Shown: positions 9,065-23,751, counted from the stretch's first letter. The stretch is 64,000 bases of DNA from an uncultured delta proteobacterium (GCA_963850465.1 CAWKLN010000004.1:39735-103734), one strand, 5' to 3'. Numbers and translations are program-made. Notes: generated by a model from the sequence alone, not told the origin.

Positions 9065-10553
9065 CTATAGTCGGATTTCCCGGTTGAATCGTTCCGGTCC
9101 GATAATGAACTTAACCGTCGCCAGTGACCCGAGAATGGCACCCAGGATGCCGGGCGCCATAACGCTCTGGCCGGCCAGGTAGAGCCCTTTGACCGCGGTG
9201 CGGTTCAGGACCGCGGCGGACAGCAACTGGCGGCTTGAACGCATGACACCGTAAGCCGATCCATTGGGGCTGTTGACCCAATCCCGGATGGATAGCGGCG
9301 TGTAGACATCCAGCAGTTCCATATCATTGAAGGCGCCCGTGATGGGTTCGATCGCACGGATCAGCTTGCGCGCCACGGATTGTTTAAGGCGGTTGTAGTC
9401 CTCGCCGCGCTTTCCGGTTCGGGTGTGCTGCCAGGGCTGCCACAAGGCATCGTGGCCGGAAGTCAGCAGGGAGAGAAGAAGATATCCGGGGCGTTCGCAT
9501 GGCCTTAATTGAAGATAGATGAGATCGTCGACAGCGCCATTTTGTTTGGTCCGGATCGAAAAAATATTGTGGTCGATGGGCTGATGCCCGTTGCGGGGTA
9601 CCAGGGCATTGACCGCGAACATTCCGGCGGTGTCCTTCAGCCCCGTGATGCGGCGCCGGTAGGAGGGTTTGACATCTTCCGGGGCCAGGAGATCCAGCAC
9701 GATTTTGGGATGGATGGCGGCAATGACCCGGGTGGCGGCGATCGGCTCACCATTGTCAAGTATAACGCCCGCTACCTGACCCTGGCGGATATCGATGCGC
9801 CGGGCGGCATGCCCCGTCACAAGTTTTCCGCCCAATGCCGTCAGGCGCTGATGCAGGACGTCCACCATATGGGTGCCGCTGCTTTGCAACCGCCAGGACG
9901 AGAAGAGATAGCTGGCCAGGATCATGGTGTGAAAAAACAAGGGGCACTGGTCCGCCGGCACGCCAATCCATACGGACGGCACGCTGATAACGCTTTTGAG
10001 CCCGGGCGAGCACCCGGCGCGATCTAAAAAGGCCCACAGGGGTTCGGTTTGTTCGATCAGGTTGGCCATGGGCTGCGGTTCATAAAGAAAACCGAGGCGA
10101 TGAAAATCTGCGGCGCTGGCGCGCAACTGTTCCATGAAGGCCTTGATCGGCGCGTTTTCGGCCGGAAAGGCGTCTTTAAGATGGGTTTCATAGGCATCCA
10201 GCCCCACCGGCATGTCAAACTGAGCAGGACCATTGGCCGGGTTTGCAAAATAATAGCGGTCGACCGGTGCGTTGCAACCCATGCGTTCCAGCGGCAGATG
10301 ATCGGTGATGCCAAGGAAATCAAAACAGCGCCGCAGGATTTGCCCCTGATCCAGCGCCCCCAGATAGTGCAGTCCCACGTTGCAGTGCACGCCCTTGCGC
10401 ACAAAGCTTCGCAGCATGCCGCCGGGCTGCGCGTTTCTTTCAATAACGGTGACGTCAAAACCCAGGGTGGCCAGAATGACGGCCGCGCTGAGACCGCCGA
10501 TACCCGATCCGATGACCAGGGCGGTTTCTCTGGGTTTATCAACGCTGCGGCAT
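9065..10553 (-). CDS. CrtI/phytoene-desaturase-like NAD(P)/FAD-dependent oxidoreductase with a frame problem at the 5' end
   Basis: The body is a 450-aa ORF from ATG 10417. The dinucleotide-binding motif (ALVIGSGIGGLSAAVILATLGFDVTVIERN) lies upstream in the same open frame, which has no ATG, GTG or TTG. A Shine-Dalgarno plus ATG at 10553 is off by one frame. Confidence 0.7.
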
Positions 10554-10610
10554 GGAGATTCCTTATTTTTAGCGCGTGGCTGTTTATGACAGGGAAGTAA
10601 ATCGCCGTGT

Positions 10611-11267
10611 CTATTTATCCAGGAAGCCTTTAATCCTGACGGCCACCATTTTTTTCATGGCGCCTGAAAGCGTTTCAGGGTGCTCCAGCAGTAACCGGTA
10701 GTGTCGGCGCGCATCTTCAGGAGATCCGATCCATTCGTAATTTCCCGCCAGGTGCATCCGGGCCACAAAGTGCTGCGGCCTGATCGCAAGGGCGGTTTTT
10801 ATCAGGGGAATGCTGGACTGGGGGTCGCCGTTCTTTTCATGAAAGCGGGCCAGGGACATTAGAAGGGCAAAATGCAGATCCGGGTTTTGGCGGACATCCT
10901 CCTGTTCCAGCAATTGTTCGACATATTCACCGGCCGACGCGCGATAGTGATCCGGTTGCGAAAAAAGCCGGTTGAGTGCATCCGGGCCGAGGGTGTCACT
11001 GACCTGCTGAATAATTTCTTTTTCCAGGCGTTGTTCGTGAAAGGCATATTCCGTCGCACAATCCCGATCGCTGGGGAAGAAATTGGAGCGGATCATGGGG
11101 ATGGCGATGGATATGACGGCCGCCAGCAAAAGCATTCCCAGAGGATGCATCCGGCCGCTGGCCAGAAGGCTGTAGACAAGATAACTGGCTCCCACAAGCG
11201 CTGCCAGAATGGCAAAGGCCATGACGATCAGCTTTTTCAAGCGGCGTTTCTTTTCCTCTTCTACCAT
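10611..11267 (-). CDS. Membrane protein with C-terminal TPR-like repeats
   Basis: It has two N-terminal TM helices and a TPR-like C-terminus (ALAIRPQHFVARMHLAGNYEWIGSPEDARRHYRLLL). Confidence 0.55.
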   Translation of the reverse strand: MVEEEKKRRLKKLIVMAFAILAALVGASYLVYSLLASGRMHPLGMLLLAAVISIAIPMIRSNFFPSDRDCATEYAFHEQRLEKEIIQQVSDTLGPDALNRLFSQPDHYRASAGEYVEQLLEQEDVRQNPDLHFALLMSLARFHEKNGDPQSSIPLIKTALAIRPQHFVARMHLAGNYEWIGSPEDARRHYRLLLEHPETLSGAMKKMVAVRIKGFLDK

Positions 11268-11282
11268 GGCGGATTACGTCCT

Positions 11283-12548
11283 TCAGGATAATGGCGTTAG
11301 GTTCCGCTCGGCCCGGGCGCGCAGGGCAAAGGCGCGGAAACGTTCTCCCTCGGCGGCATTGCCCTGGGAGAAATAGATCTGGCTGATGCGGTCGAAATAG
11401 ACGGCGGCATTGGCCGGGATTTCCCGCGCCAACGACAGATAAAGCTCAAGCACGTCCGATCCTCGATGGCCCCCGGCAAAGGAGAGCTCCGCATACTTGT
11501 GTTTGATCTCGGGATCGACGCGGGTGTGACAGCTGCTGCAACGGCCCATGATTTGCCGGTATTGTTCCCGTGCCTCGGAGCGCTCGTTCAAGGCCTCGTG
11601 GGTTTTCGCGAGTTCCCGTGCCATGCCGTCGTCCCAGCCATAGGCTGCCAGAAAATGACGGTAGAAATCGCGGGCCTGCTCAAAATGACCGGCCCGGTAA
11701 AGGGTTTCACCCCGCAAGTGCATGACCGCCCTGGACTGTGCCAGGTGGGGCGGAAGCGATGCCAGCAGGGCTTCGGCCTGTGCTGTTTCACCTTGCTCCC
11801 AGTAGATGTCGCACAGCAACTGGTAGGCCGGCAGGGCTTCGGGGTGATGCATGCGAACCTGTTCCAGCAGTTCCCGGGCCTCATCCAGCCGGCCGTTGTT
11901 CACATAGGCGGTGGCAAGCTCCAGGGGGATAAAGCTGTCCGGCTGAGGGGTGACGGCCATGGCCCGTTCCAGTTGCGTTATGGCGGTATCGAAATCACCA
12001 TTGTTGAGCGCGATATAGCCGTCGATGAAGTCCTCGCCATAGCCTTGATAGGCTTCCCCCACCTCTTCCGGCAGGGTATGGCACAGGGCCTGGAAATACT
12101 CATCTTTCGATACGGCCGGACCGGATGTCATTTCACTGTCATCCAGGGCAGGCGCTTCAACCGGCATCATCTCGAGTGCCTCATAATCGGCCTCGGGTCG
12201 GGCGTTCAGGGTCGCAAGCTGCTCTGTCAATTCATCCCGGAATCTCGCATCGCTGCTGATTTCCAGGGCCAGGGTCAAGGCCGCGCGCGCTTCATCCGCA
12301 TAGCCGCCGTCGAGATAGTTCAGGGCATCTTCCTGATGACCACGCGCCAGGGCGTCGCATGCTTGCCGGATCTTGTCCTGAAGCTGTCGCTGCCGGCCTG
12401 GCTCCGTTTCCGGCGCTTTTTCAAGTTTGTGGAGGGCGCGTTCATAGGCCTGCTTGGCCTGACCCCACAGGCCGGACGCAAACAGGGTGTCGCCCTTGGT
12501 TTCCAGTTTTTCAGGGGTTGGGCCGGAAAACAGCTTCATCAGGGACAT
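11283..12548 (-). CDS. Tetratricopeptide repeat protein
   Basis: It contains multiple TPR-like A/Y/L-periodic helical pairs and lies 15 nt upstream of the previous gene on the same strand. Confidence 0.65.
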   Translation of the reverse strand: MSLMKLFSGPTPEKLETKGDTLFASGLWGQAKQAYERALHKLEKAPETEPGRQRQLQDKIRQACDALARGHQEDALNYLDGGYADEARAALTLALEISSDARFRDELTEQLATLNARPEADYEALEMMPVEAPALDDSEMTSGPAVSKDEYFQALCHTLPEEVGEAYQGYGEDFIDGYIALNNGDFDTAITQLERAMAVTPQPDSFIPLELATAYVNNGRLDEARELLEQVRMHHPEALPAYQLLCDIYWEQGETAQAEALLASLPPHLAQSRAVMHLRGETLYRAGHFEQARDFYRHFLAAYGWDDGMARELAKTHEALNERSEAREQYRQIMGRCSSCHTRVDPEIKHKYAELSFAGGHRGSDVLELYLSLAREIPANAAVYFDRISQIYFSQGNAAEGERFRAFALRARAERNLTPLS

Positions 12549-12821
12549 GGTCGTACGCTCCTGCAGGTGGTCGGGGCCATCCGCCCCGGAAAATCATCGC
12601 AGGGGCACCATACCATTCAGCGTCAGCGAGGGAAAGAGAGGGATTGGATAGGACCGATAAGCCGCTTCGACCTGAACCAATTGGCAATGCGTCCGTGTTC
12701 TGGTAGAAGCAGGGGGACCGACAAGATAGGCCATCGCGCAAGGGGTTGCCGTGAGGCAGGTTTTTAACGTCGGTCGCTGGCGCGAACGCTTAGCTCCCGG
12801 TACAGGAAAGGACTCCCGGAC

Positions 12822-14348
12822 GTGTCGCTACCACCTGCCCAGCGCGTGACCGTTATCGGGTCGGCACTCCTGGCACTGTTTCTGGGGGCGCTGGATGCCC
12901 TGGTCATGTCGGCCGCCATGCCCACGATCGTTGCCGACCTGGGCGGGCTGCAGCTCTACAGCTGGGTCTATTCGGCCTATTTCCTGGCCCGTGCCGTCTC
13001 CCTGCCCATTTTCGGAAAACTCGCCGATCTGTTTAAAACCCGCCGCCTGTTTATCGGGTCGATCGTATTGTTCAGCCTTTCTTCAGCGGCCGCCGGGTGC
13101 GCCGTGAACATGGTCACCTTGATTATGGCACGGGTCATACAGGGTATTGCGGCCGGGGGGATATTCGCACTGGTCTATATCGTTCTGGCGGACGTATCGT
13201 CACCGGAAACCAGAGGCCGCACCCTTTCCCTGGCAAGTTCCATCTGGGGTATTGCCAGTGTACTGGGGCCGACCCTGGGCGGGTTTATCGTGACGTATTT
13301 TTCATGGCGCTGGATTTTCTTTATCAACATCCCCCTGGGCGCCGTGTCCATGTGGGGCATCGGAACCTACCTGGTCGAGCTGCGACCCAAAAAAGCGAAC
13401 GTGTCCTTGGATCTGCTGGGGGTTGCCACGTTGTCAACGGCGATCCTGGCGTTTTTGTTTGCATTTCTTCTGGGGGGGCGGACCTATCCCTGGGCGTCGG
13501 CGCGCATCATCGGTTTGTTCGCCGTGTTTATCATCGGCACGGCCGCCTTCATCCTGGTCGAGAAACGCGCCCGGGACCCGATTCTGCCCATGGGGTTGTT
13601 TCGCAACCGGGGTTTCAGTGCCGGCAATGCGGCCGTTTTCCTGAGCAGTTTTGCCATCTTTTCCATGTTTGCCTATGCCCCGCTGTTCATTCAAGGGGTC
13701 CAGGGTAAATCCCCCATGCAGGTGGGGGTTGCCATGCTGTCCCTCAGCCTGGGCTGGTCCATCGGGTCTATCGCCCTGGGCCAGGTGATCGACCGCATGG
13801 GCCGGAAGTTTGTCGCTGTGGCCGGGGCCTTGTGCCTCGTTGGCGGGTGCGCCATGACGTTGGCCTTTAATCCGGAAACGACGACCTATTTTAGTTTTGT
13901 GACCTTTTTTATCATCGGCATTGGCATGGGTTTCGTGGCGCTGGCGACGCTCCTGGTGGTGCAATCCGCGGTCTCCTTGCAGGACCTGGGTGTTGCCACG
14001 GCATCCAACCAGTTTGCCAGAACCCTGGGCGGCACGGTGGGCGTCGGCATCGGGGGCAGTTTCATCGCCGCGCGGTTTGCCGAGTTGAGCCAAGCGGTCC
14101 AAGACCGGGGGCTTTTGGAGGGTCTGCCCCCCGGCCTGGCCGACAAAGGGCTTGACCAGCTTGAGGGGCTCTTGCGTCCTGATGTTTTAGCCGCGTTGCC
14201 GGACGATATCAGGCTCTGGGTGCAGGCCAGTGTCGGCCAGGGGGTGACCGAAGTGTTCTGGACGGTGTTGCTGGCGGCGGTCCTGTGTCTCCTGTTTTGC
14301 GGGTTGATCCCGCAGGGGCCCGCTTCCGCCGGGCGCCGCAAGCCGTAA
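12822..14348 (+). CDS. MFS transporter, DHA2 (EmrB/QacA-like, 14-TMS) family
   Basis: GALDALVMSAAMPTIVADLGG...YFLARAVSLPIFGKLADLF... together with about 14 hydrophobic segments. Confidence 0.8.
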   Translation: MSLPPAQRVTVIGSALLALFLGALDALVMSAAMPTIVADLGGLQLYSWVYSAYFLARAVSLPIFGKLADLFKTRRLFIGSIVLFSLSSAAAGCAVNMVTLIMARVIQGIAAGGIFALVYIVLADVSSPETRGRTLSLASSIWGIASVLGPTLGGFIVTYFSWRWIFFINIPLGAVSMWGIGTYLVELRPKKANVSLDLLGVATLSTAILAFLFAFLLGGRTYPWASARIIGLFAVFIIGTAAFILVEKRARDPILPMGLFRNRGFSAGNAAVFLSSFAIFSMFAYAPLFIQGVQGKSPMQVGVAMLSLSLGWSIGSIALGQVIDRMGRKFVAVAGALCLVGGCAMTLAFNPETTTYFSFVTFFIIGIGMGFVALATLLVVQSAVSLQDLGVATASNQFARTLGGTVGVGIGGSFIAARFAELSQAVQDRGLLEGLPPGLADKGLDQLEGLLRPDVLAALPDDIRLWVQASVGQGVTEVFWTVLLAAVLCLLFCGLIPQGPASAGRRKP

Positions 14349-14519
14349 AATGAGGATCGTGACCCGCATGTTGTTACGGATACCACGGGGCATGATGGGT
14401 TTTACCGGGGGCTCTTTGTGACAGGCAAAACGCTTTGATTTCCTGCCGGGCATATAGTACGACGCACTGCCTGATAGGTTATCGTGTTGCGATTGATTTG
14501 AATGACGCATGATAAATGA

Positions 14520-15617
<1,098 letters not shown>

Positions 15618-15714
15618 TGCCGTAGCCCGCCTATCTTATCCCGGCACCCTATTGACAAGTGCGCCCGCCGAACCGACCTTTTGTCAGAATGACAACTGCC
15701 AAGAGGTCAAAAAA

Positions 15715-16050
15715 ATGATAAATGCATTGATCTTATTCGGGTTGGCACTGGCGTACGCCCTGCTCAAAATCTTCCTGGAAAAGCGCCTGGCCCCCCTGGA
15801 CGATGTGGGTGACGAGCGGCATCTTGCCGACCTGGCGTTTGCTTGCGGATGCAGTGTTTTAGACTTGTTTCGATCGGCGGGTGACCGTTGGAATTTTTCG
15901 GATCAGAAAGTCAACACCGATTTCCGAAACTATCTCAGAACGGATCTGGTCCCGCCCTACGTGCGTGAATTCCTGCATCACCACCCACTCAATCGCAATC
16001 GCACCTACCAGCGCCTGGTATACAATGGCGGTCGCCCCCCCTATCTGTAA
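15715..16050 (+). CDS. Small hypothetical membrane protein
   Basis: AAGAGG lies 8 nt before ATG 15715, and there is one N-terminal TM helix. Confidence 0.45.
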   Translation: MINALILFGLALAYALLKIFLEKRLAPLDDVGDERHLADLAFACGCSVLDLFRSAGDRWNFSDQKVNTDFRNYLRTDLVPPYVREFLHHHPLNRNRTYQRLVYNGGRPPYL

Positions 16051-16097
16051 GCGGGTCCCTCGACCGGCCGGGCGCCGCCATACCCGCCAATCCCATC

Positions 16098-16964
16098 TCA
16101 GGGTGCGTCCTTTCGAGGGATCTCGCAGGCCAGGACATCGAAATCTTCGGCCAGAGATTCTAGATAGGCCAGTAGATGGGACCGTTGCGCGTCGGTCAGC
16201 GTCTTTTCGATGTCGGTCAGCAGGTCCAGCATAAACCCGGTATTGCGGTCCAAGCGCGCTTGGTAGGCTTTCGTTCGCACCACCTCGGACGATACCAGCA
16301 AAGCGGTAAACTTTTCTTTAAAGGCGGGATCGACCGTACGCGCGGCAATCAGTTGCCGGAAGGCCTGCTGCTGGCGTCGACGATTGGCAAGCCACTGATC
16401 CGTGGTCGCCCCAATATTCCGGCTCCATTGCTGAACCGCCGCCTGTTGCGTGTCGGTCAGATCGCCTATCCACCGCTCCACCCGCTCCACCATGCGATCC
16501 GTGCGGTTCTGAAAGATTTGGTTCTCCGGAAGATCCACATAGGTGCGTTGGTCTTCCAGGTTGTCCTTTTCAATATTGCGGAAGAGTTCATCAACCTGCT
16601 CGTCACTGGCCGTGATCAATATATCCGCCACGTCCGGGCCGATCCGGGCCATCAGGTCTTTCCAAAAACGCTTGAAGGTTTCCAGATGGTGAGCGAACTG
16701 TTCCCTTGTGACGGTCTGATCGGGATTTTCGAATTCTTGTCTCGCGGATCGCAGGAAGGTGGCGTATTCGGGAAGTTGGGTGCGGCAGTGCCAGTTCAAC
16801 TGGCGGGCCAGGCGTATCTCCAACGCGCTGCGCTGGGTTGAATCCAGAGAGAGATAGTCATCGACGTACCAGGGGATCATCCAGTCCAGATGATGATAGT
16901 ACCAGCGTGGTCCACAGGCCGTGACCAACACAAGGGTCAGCATTGAAATCAGGAATGTTCGCAT
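16098..16964 (-). CDS. DUF6279-like lipoprotein
   Basis: The lipobox is LVLVTAC. HLDWMIPWYVDDYLSLDSTQRSALEIRLARQLNWHCRTQLPEYATFL matches my memory of the DUF6279 pattern. Confidence 0.55.
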   Translation of the reverse strand: MRTFLISMLTLVLVTACGPRWYYHHLDWMIPWYVDDYLSLDSTQRSALEIRLARQLNWHCRTQLPEYATFLRSARQEFENPDQTVTREQFAHHLETFKRFWKDLMARIGPDVADILITASDEQVDELFRNIEKDNLEDQRTYVDLPENQIFQNRTDRMVERVERWIGDLTDTQQAAVQQWSRNIGATTDQWLANRRRQQQAFRQLIAARTVDPAFKEKFTALLVSSEVVRTKAYQARLDRNTGFMLDLLTDIEKTLTDAQRSHLLAYLESLAEDFDVLACEIPRKDAP

Positions 16965-17138
16965 TTTACCAAAATAGAAATGTTTGCGAGCATTTCAATG
17001 GCGGAACACGGATTGGCAAGGAAAATGGCGTTATGGCGTCCGGTCGATACGGTCCGGTTCAGAACAGACGCTGTGTGCCTGCCGTTGGGGGTGAGCGGCC
17101 CATCGGGCGATGGGCGGGATTGAATAATATTGGCGGGC

Positions 17139-17777
17139 TCAGTGGGCAACGCGGGTTTGCGGGTGCTTGTCGATCCATTGGCCCATATTCGTATCCTCGG
17201 ATTTGATTTCAGGCAGTATGCGGTTGAAAAAGTGCCCTTGAATGCTCATCAAACCCTTTTCGCTGGGATACCAGAGGCTGCTGGTTTCCTTGTCATAGAG
17301 GACGAAGGTATAATCGTAGGTCCACCCGGAAGGCGCCAGGGTAAGGTCTCTTCCATCGATTTGCCGGCTGTACACAGCGGCCAGATCCACCAGCGGTCAG
17401 TAGGCCGCGGCGATGGGAACCTCTCCAATGTGCGTATTGGCGATCTCGTGGCGCGTCAATGTGCGAACAACATAGGCATGGGCATCGGGCCCGTTACTCA
17501 CGCCGATGACCCGGGTCTGCGAATCAACCGCCCGAACATTGTCATCGAGGTCTGACGCATCCAGCGGTCGGATGCTGTCCCGGCCGATACCGAACTGAAA
17601 CCCGCGCGGATCGAAACCGATGGATACGGCCTGGGTGATGTCCCAGCGCTCTCCGGTACGATCAACGATATAGACCTTGTCATCGGCACGCACGACCACG
17701 GCGGCGTCAAACACCACGCTCAGGCTAAACGACAGGATAAACAGGGAAGACAGGGCGGTTTTAACAGTTGGTCTCAT
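17139..17777 (-). CDS. Secreted DUF3179 family protein with in-frame TGA (17397-17399); candidate selenoprotein
   Basis: Two same-frame ORFs are separated only by TGA. It has a signal peptide and is collinear with DUF3179 (...YDKETSSLW...). The TGA replaces the first Cys of the family YCPLC motif (AAAY-U-PLVD). Confidence 0.6.
17363..17382 (-). promoter_or_regulatory. SECIS-like hairpin downstream of the DUF3179 UGA
   Basis: On the minus strand, UGA is followed by 15 nt and then GCCGCUG-UGUA-CAGC(C)GGC. This is 7 bp with one bulge and an apical loop containing GU. Confidence 0.4.
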
Positions 17778-17910
17778 AAAGAACGCCTTTTCATCGTGAG
17801 TTCGTGCGTGTGCTCCTCGTCACCTGTTGGTCAGTCGTCGAATAGCGCCGAACCTTACAAAGGGTGTGTCATTATGGCGGTTTTGTTGAAAATGGAGATA
17901 TCGATGATCG

Positions 17911-18291
17911 TCAAAAGACGGGGAAGGCCATAAAATTACACGTCTTTTCGGTTAGCCAGCGGCTTCGCGAAAGGAACAGGAGCATGGCCAGGGGGAAAAG
18001 AAGGGCGATTGTCGGCACGGGAACATCGTTGCTTTGGACATCATGCCGATTGATCTCAAAAAGAACATCCCCACGGCCACCCACGTTGACGTAATCGTCC
18101 TGATCAAGCCAATCATCAAAAGCGTAAGGATCGATCGGAAACGCATCATGAGAGCGCTCGACAGCGGTTGTCGATTCGGTTGTCGGAACAGTCGCCGCAG
18201 CAATATTCATGCTGTAAACGGATAGGGGCAAAAAGACGCCGACATAGAAAGCCACGCTTAAACTACGATACCTTAACATTCGTTTTTTCAT
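17911..18291 (-). CDS. Hypothetical secreted protein with a PEP-CTERM-like hydrophobic/Arg tail
   Basis: GAGGAGG precedes ATG 18291. It has a signal peptide, an acidic middle and a near-C-terminal VPVPTIALLFPLAMLLFLSRSR. Confidence 0.4.
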   Translation of the reverse strand: MKKRMLRYRSLSVAFYVGVFLPLSVYSMNIAAATVPTTESTTAVERSHDAFPIDPYAFDDWLDQDDYVNVGGRGDVLFEINRHDVQSNDVPVPTIALLFPLAMLLFLSRSRWLTEKTCNFMAFPVF

Positions 18292-18712
18292 AACACCTCC
18301 TCTGTGGGCCTGCGACACAATTCATGGCATTCGAAGATGGTCCAACCGAATGAATGCGTCGCGCCATCGATCTGTGTGGCATCGTCGGTTGGAAAAATAG
18401 CGGGATGATTGGTTATGAGAAGTGATACAAAGGCCGTGCCAGTATGTTAAAATACCGTAAGGATAAGAATTAATGGAGAAAAACGATGGAATTGATATTT
18501 ATGGATAGGAGAAATATGTAGGGATACTTCTACACCGGAAACCGGCAAACGCGCTTAACGAATTATAACATACTGAAAATATATAGTATTATAGATAATA
18601 AAACGCTGTATGGCTTGCCCTTCGATTACTTCTGATATGTTGCACGCATCGGCTTCCGCAGGCTGTTGCGATATGACGACGATCGCCTTTCCTCGGTTTA
18701 AATATGGTTTTT

Positions 18713-20125
18713 TCAGAAATAGCTGCTGCCGTCCCAACAGTGGGTGCAAAGCTTCTCCTTGGGCAGACCGATGGCCTGAACGAGATCGTCCATGGTCTGG
18801 TATTTCAGGGTGGTCAGGTGCAGACGACTGCGGATTCTTTCGACCATGGCCTGGTGGCGCGCTGTGCCGGCGGTGGCATATTCATGCATGACATCGGCAT
18901 CGGGTTCTTCGGTGTTTTCTAGTTCGGTGATGGCCCGCCGCCCGGCAAGGTCCAGCGTGGAGCGGGAGGTCGAAAAATTGAGGAAATCGCAGGGGTAAAT
19001 CAGGGTGGGGCAGGCGATGCGCATGTGAACTTCGGCCGCCCCGCTGGCGAACAGATCTTCCACATTGTCTTTCAATTGGGTGCCGCGCACGATGCTGTCA
19101 TCACAAAACAGGATACGCTGTCCGTCGATAAGGCTTTTCAGGGGGATCAGCTTCATGTTGGCCACCAGATCACGCATTTTCTGATTTTGGGGCATAAAGC
19201 TGCGCGGCCAGGTGGGCGTATATTTAACGTACGGGCGTTTGTAGGGGATCTGCTTGCAATGGGAATAACCCAGGGCGTGGCCGATGCCTGAATCCGGAAT
19301 ACCCGCCGCATAATCCGGCACGATGTCATCCTTTTTGGCCAGGGCGCAGCCGCAACGGTAGCGGACCGATTCCACGTTGATGCCTTCATAGCTGGACGCG
19401 GGATAACCGTAATAGACCCACAGAAAGCTGCAAATCTGCATCGTGTCCAACGGTGGTCGCCGCTGTTCGATGCCGTCGCGCGAAAGCAAGACGATTTCGC
19501 CCGGCCCGATTTCCTGCCGGGTCTCGAAACCGAGATTGGGGAAGGCGCAGGACTCCGAAGCCACCGCGAACCCATCCGCCTTGGCCCCGATGATCAGGGG
19601 GGTGCGACCCCGCCGGTCACGGGCGGCATAAATCCCGTCTTGGGTCAGGAGCAGCATGGTGCAGGAACCCTGGATCTGTTCCTGCGCCTGTCGGATGCCG
19701 TCTTCGAATGTATCGGCCTGGCATATCAGCGCGGCCAACAGTTCCGTGGGGTTGATGGCGCCGCTGGTGGATTCGGAAAACTGCTGGTGCCGGCCGTAAG
19801 CCTGAGCGGTCAAGGCGGGCATATTGGTGATGCGGGCCACCGTTACAAGGGCAAAGGTTCCCAGGTGGCTGCCAATCACCAGGGGCTGGGAGTCGCTGTC
19901 GCTGATGACACCAATCCCCAGGTTGCCGCTGAATTTTACGAGATCGGGTTCGAACTTGGATCGGAAATAATCGCTTTCGATGCTGTGAATGGTGCGGACG
20001 AACTGGCGGCCGTTCCAAACGGCCATCCCGCCGCGCTTGGTTCCCAGGTGGAAGTGATAGTCGATACCGTAAAACAGATCCTTGATGCAGTCGTTTTGGG
20101 AAACCGTTCCGAATACCCCCCCCAT
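18713..20125 (-). CDS. Amidophosphoribosyltransferase (PurF)-like protein lacking the N-terminal Cys nucleophile
   Basis: The PRTase half and Fe-S Cys pattern are present (..QICSFLWVYYGYP.., ..IACPTLIYPCDF.., ..CTHCWDG..). The N-terminus is MGGVFG instead of MCG(I/V)xG. Confidence 0.7.
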   Translation of the reverse strand: MGGVFGTVSQNDCIKDLFYGIDYHFHLGTKRGGMAVWNGRQFVRTIHSIESDYFRSKFEPDLVKFSGNLGIGVISDSDSQPLVIGSHLGTFALVTVARITNMPALTAQAYGRHQQFSESTSGAINPTELLAALICQADTFEDGIRQAQEQIQGSCTMLLLTQDGIYAARDRRGRTPLIIGAKADGFAVASESCAFPNLGFETRQEIGPGEIVLLSRDGIEQRRPPLDTMQICSFLWVYYGYPASSYEGINVESVRYRCGCALAKKDDIVPDYAAGIPDSGIGHALGYSHCKQIPYKRPYVKYTPTWPRSFMPQNQKMRDLVANMKLIPLKSLIDGQRILFCDDSIVRGTQLKDNVEDLFASGAAEVHMRIACPTLIYPCDFLNFSTSRSTLDLAGRRAITELENTEEPDADVMHEYATAGTARHQAMVERIRSRLHLTTLKYQTMDDLVQAIGLPKEKLCTHCWDGSSYF

Positions 20126-20457
20126 GAGTCATTCCCCCCCGTTAGCGCTGATGCTGGCGATGATGGCAGGCCGATATTCAGATGAACAGTTAAGTTCAAC
20201 TAACACGTAATTCGCAGGCTTTATCTTTGTGATTCGATACCGGCGACCCATTCAAGCAGCCTTAAATCACGCTGTCAAGCATACAAAATGATTATCGACC
20301 GGCGTGTTGCAACACTGGCGAGAAACGTCGGCGATAAAACGCTTTACATTTTACGCCACATAAATTTTAAGTAGTTCTAATTTTAGTCTTTCGATAGACC
20401 GATTCGACCACTGACGTGGTTTCTCACACCCACCCAACCTCATATGGAGGAGCATCC

Positions 20458-23658
<3,201 letters not shown>

Positions 23659-23717
23659 TTGTTTGAGTGATTGCATAGACGCGTAGGCCGAATTGTCATC
23701 GATGTCGGAGGAATGGG

Positions 23718-23747
23718 CGGGATGCGGTTGGCACCGCATCCCGTTTT
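23718..23747 (+). terminator. Rho-independent terminator of carB
   Basis: A perfect 11-bp stem CGGGATGCGGT-tggc-ACCGCATCCCG is followed by TTTT. Confidence 0.8.
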
Positions 23748-23751
23748 AATA

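Noticed and set aside
11466-12767. A 433-aa plus-strand ORF. Similar long ORFs occur at 839-1696(-), 14187-15221(-), 20488-21318(-), 22666-23463(-), 31197-32144(-), 32436-33641(-), 39804-41276(-) and 50791-51678(-).
   Set aside because: Each lies antisense to, or out of frame with, a gene that has clear family motifs. Their translations are Arg/Gly/Pro/His-rich, which is typical of shadow ORFs in GC-rich DNA.
18320-18712. A 390-bp AT-rich intergenic stretch with runs such as ATATATAGTATTATAGATAATAAAA.
   Set aside because: It is probably just a promoter or curved-DNA region between two minus-strand genes. I saw no repeat structure, ORF or hairpin of note.
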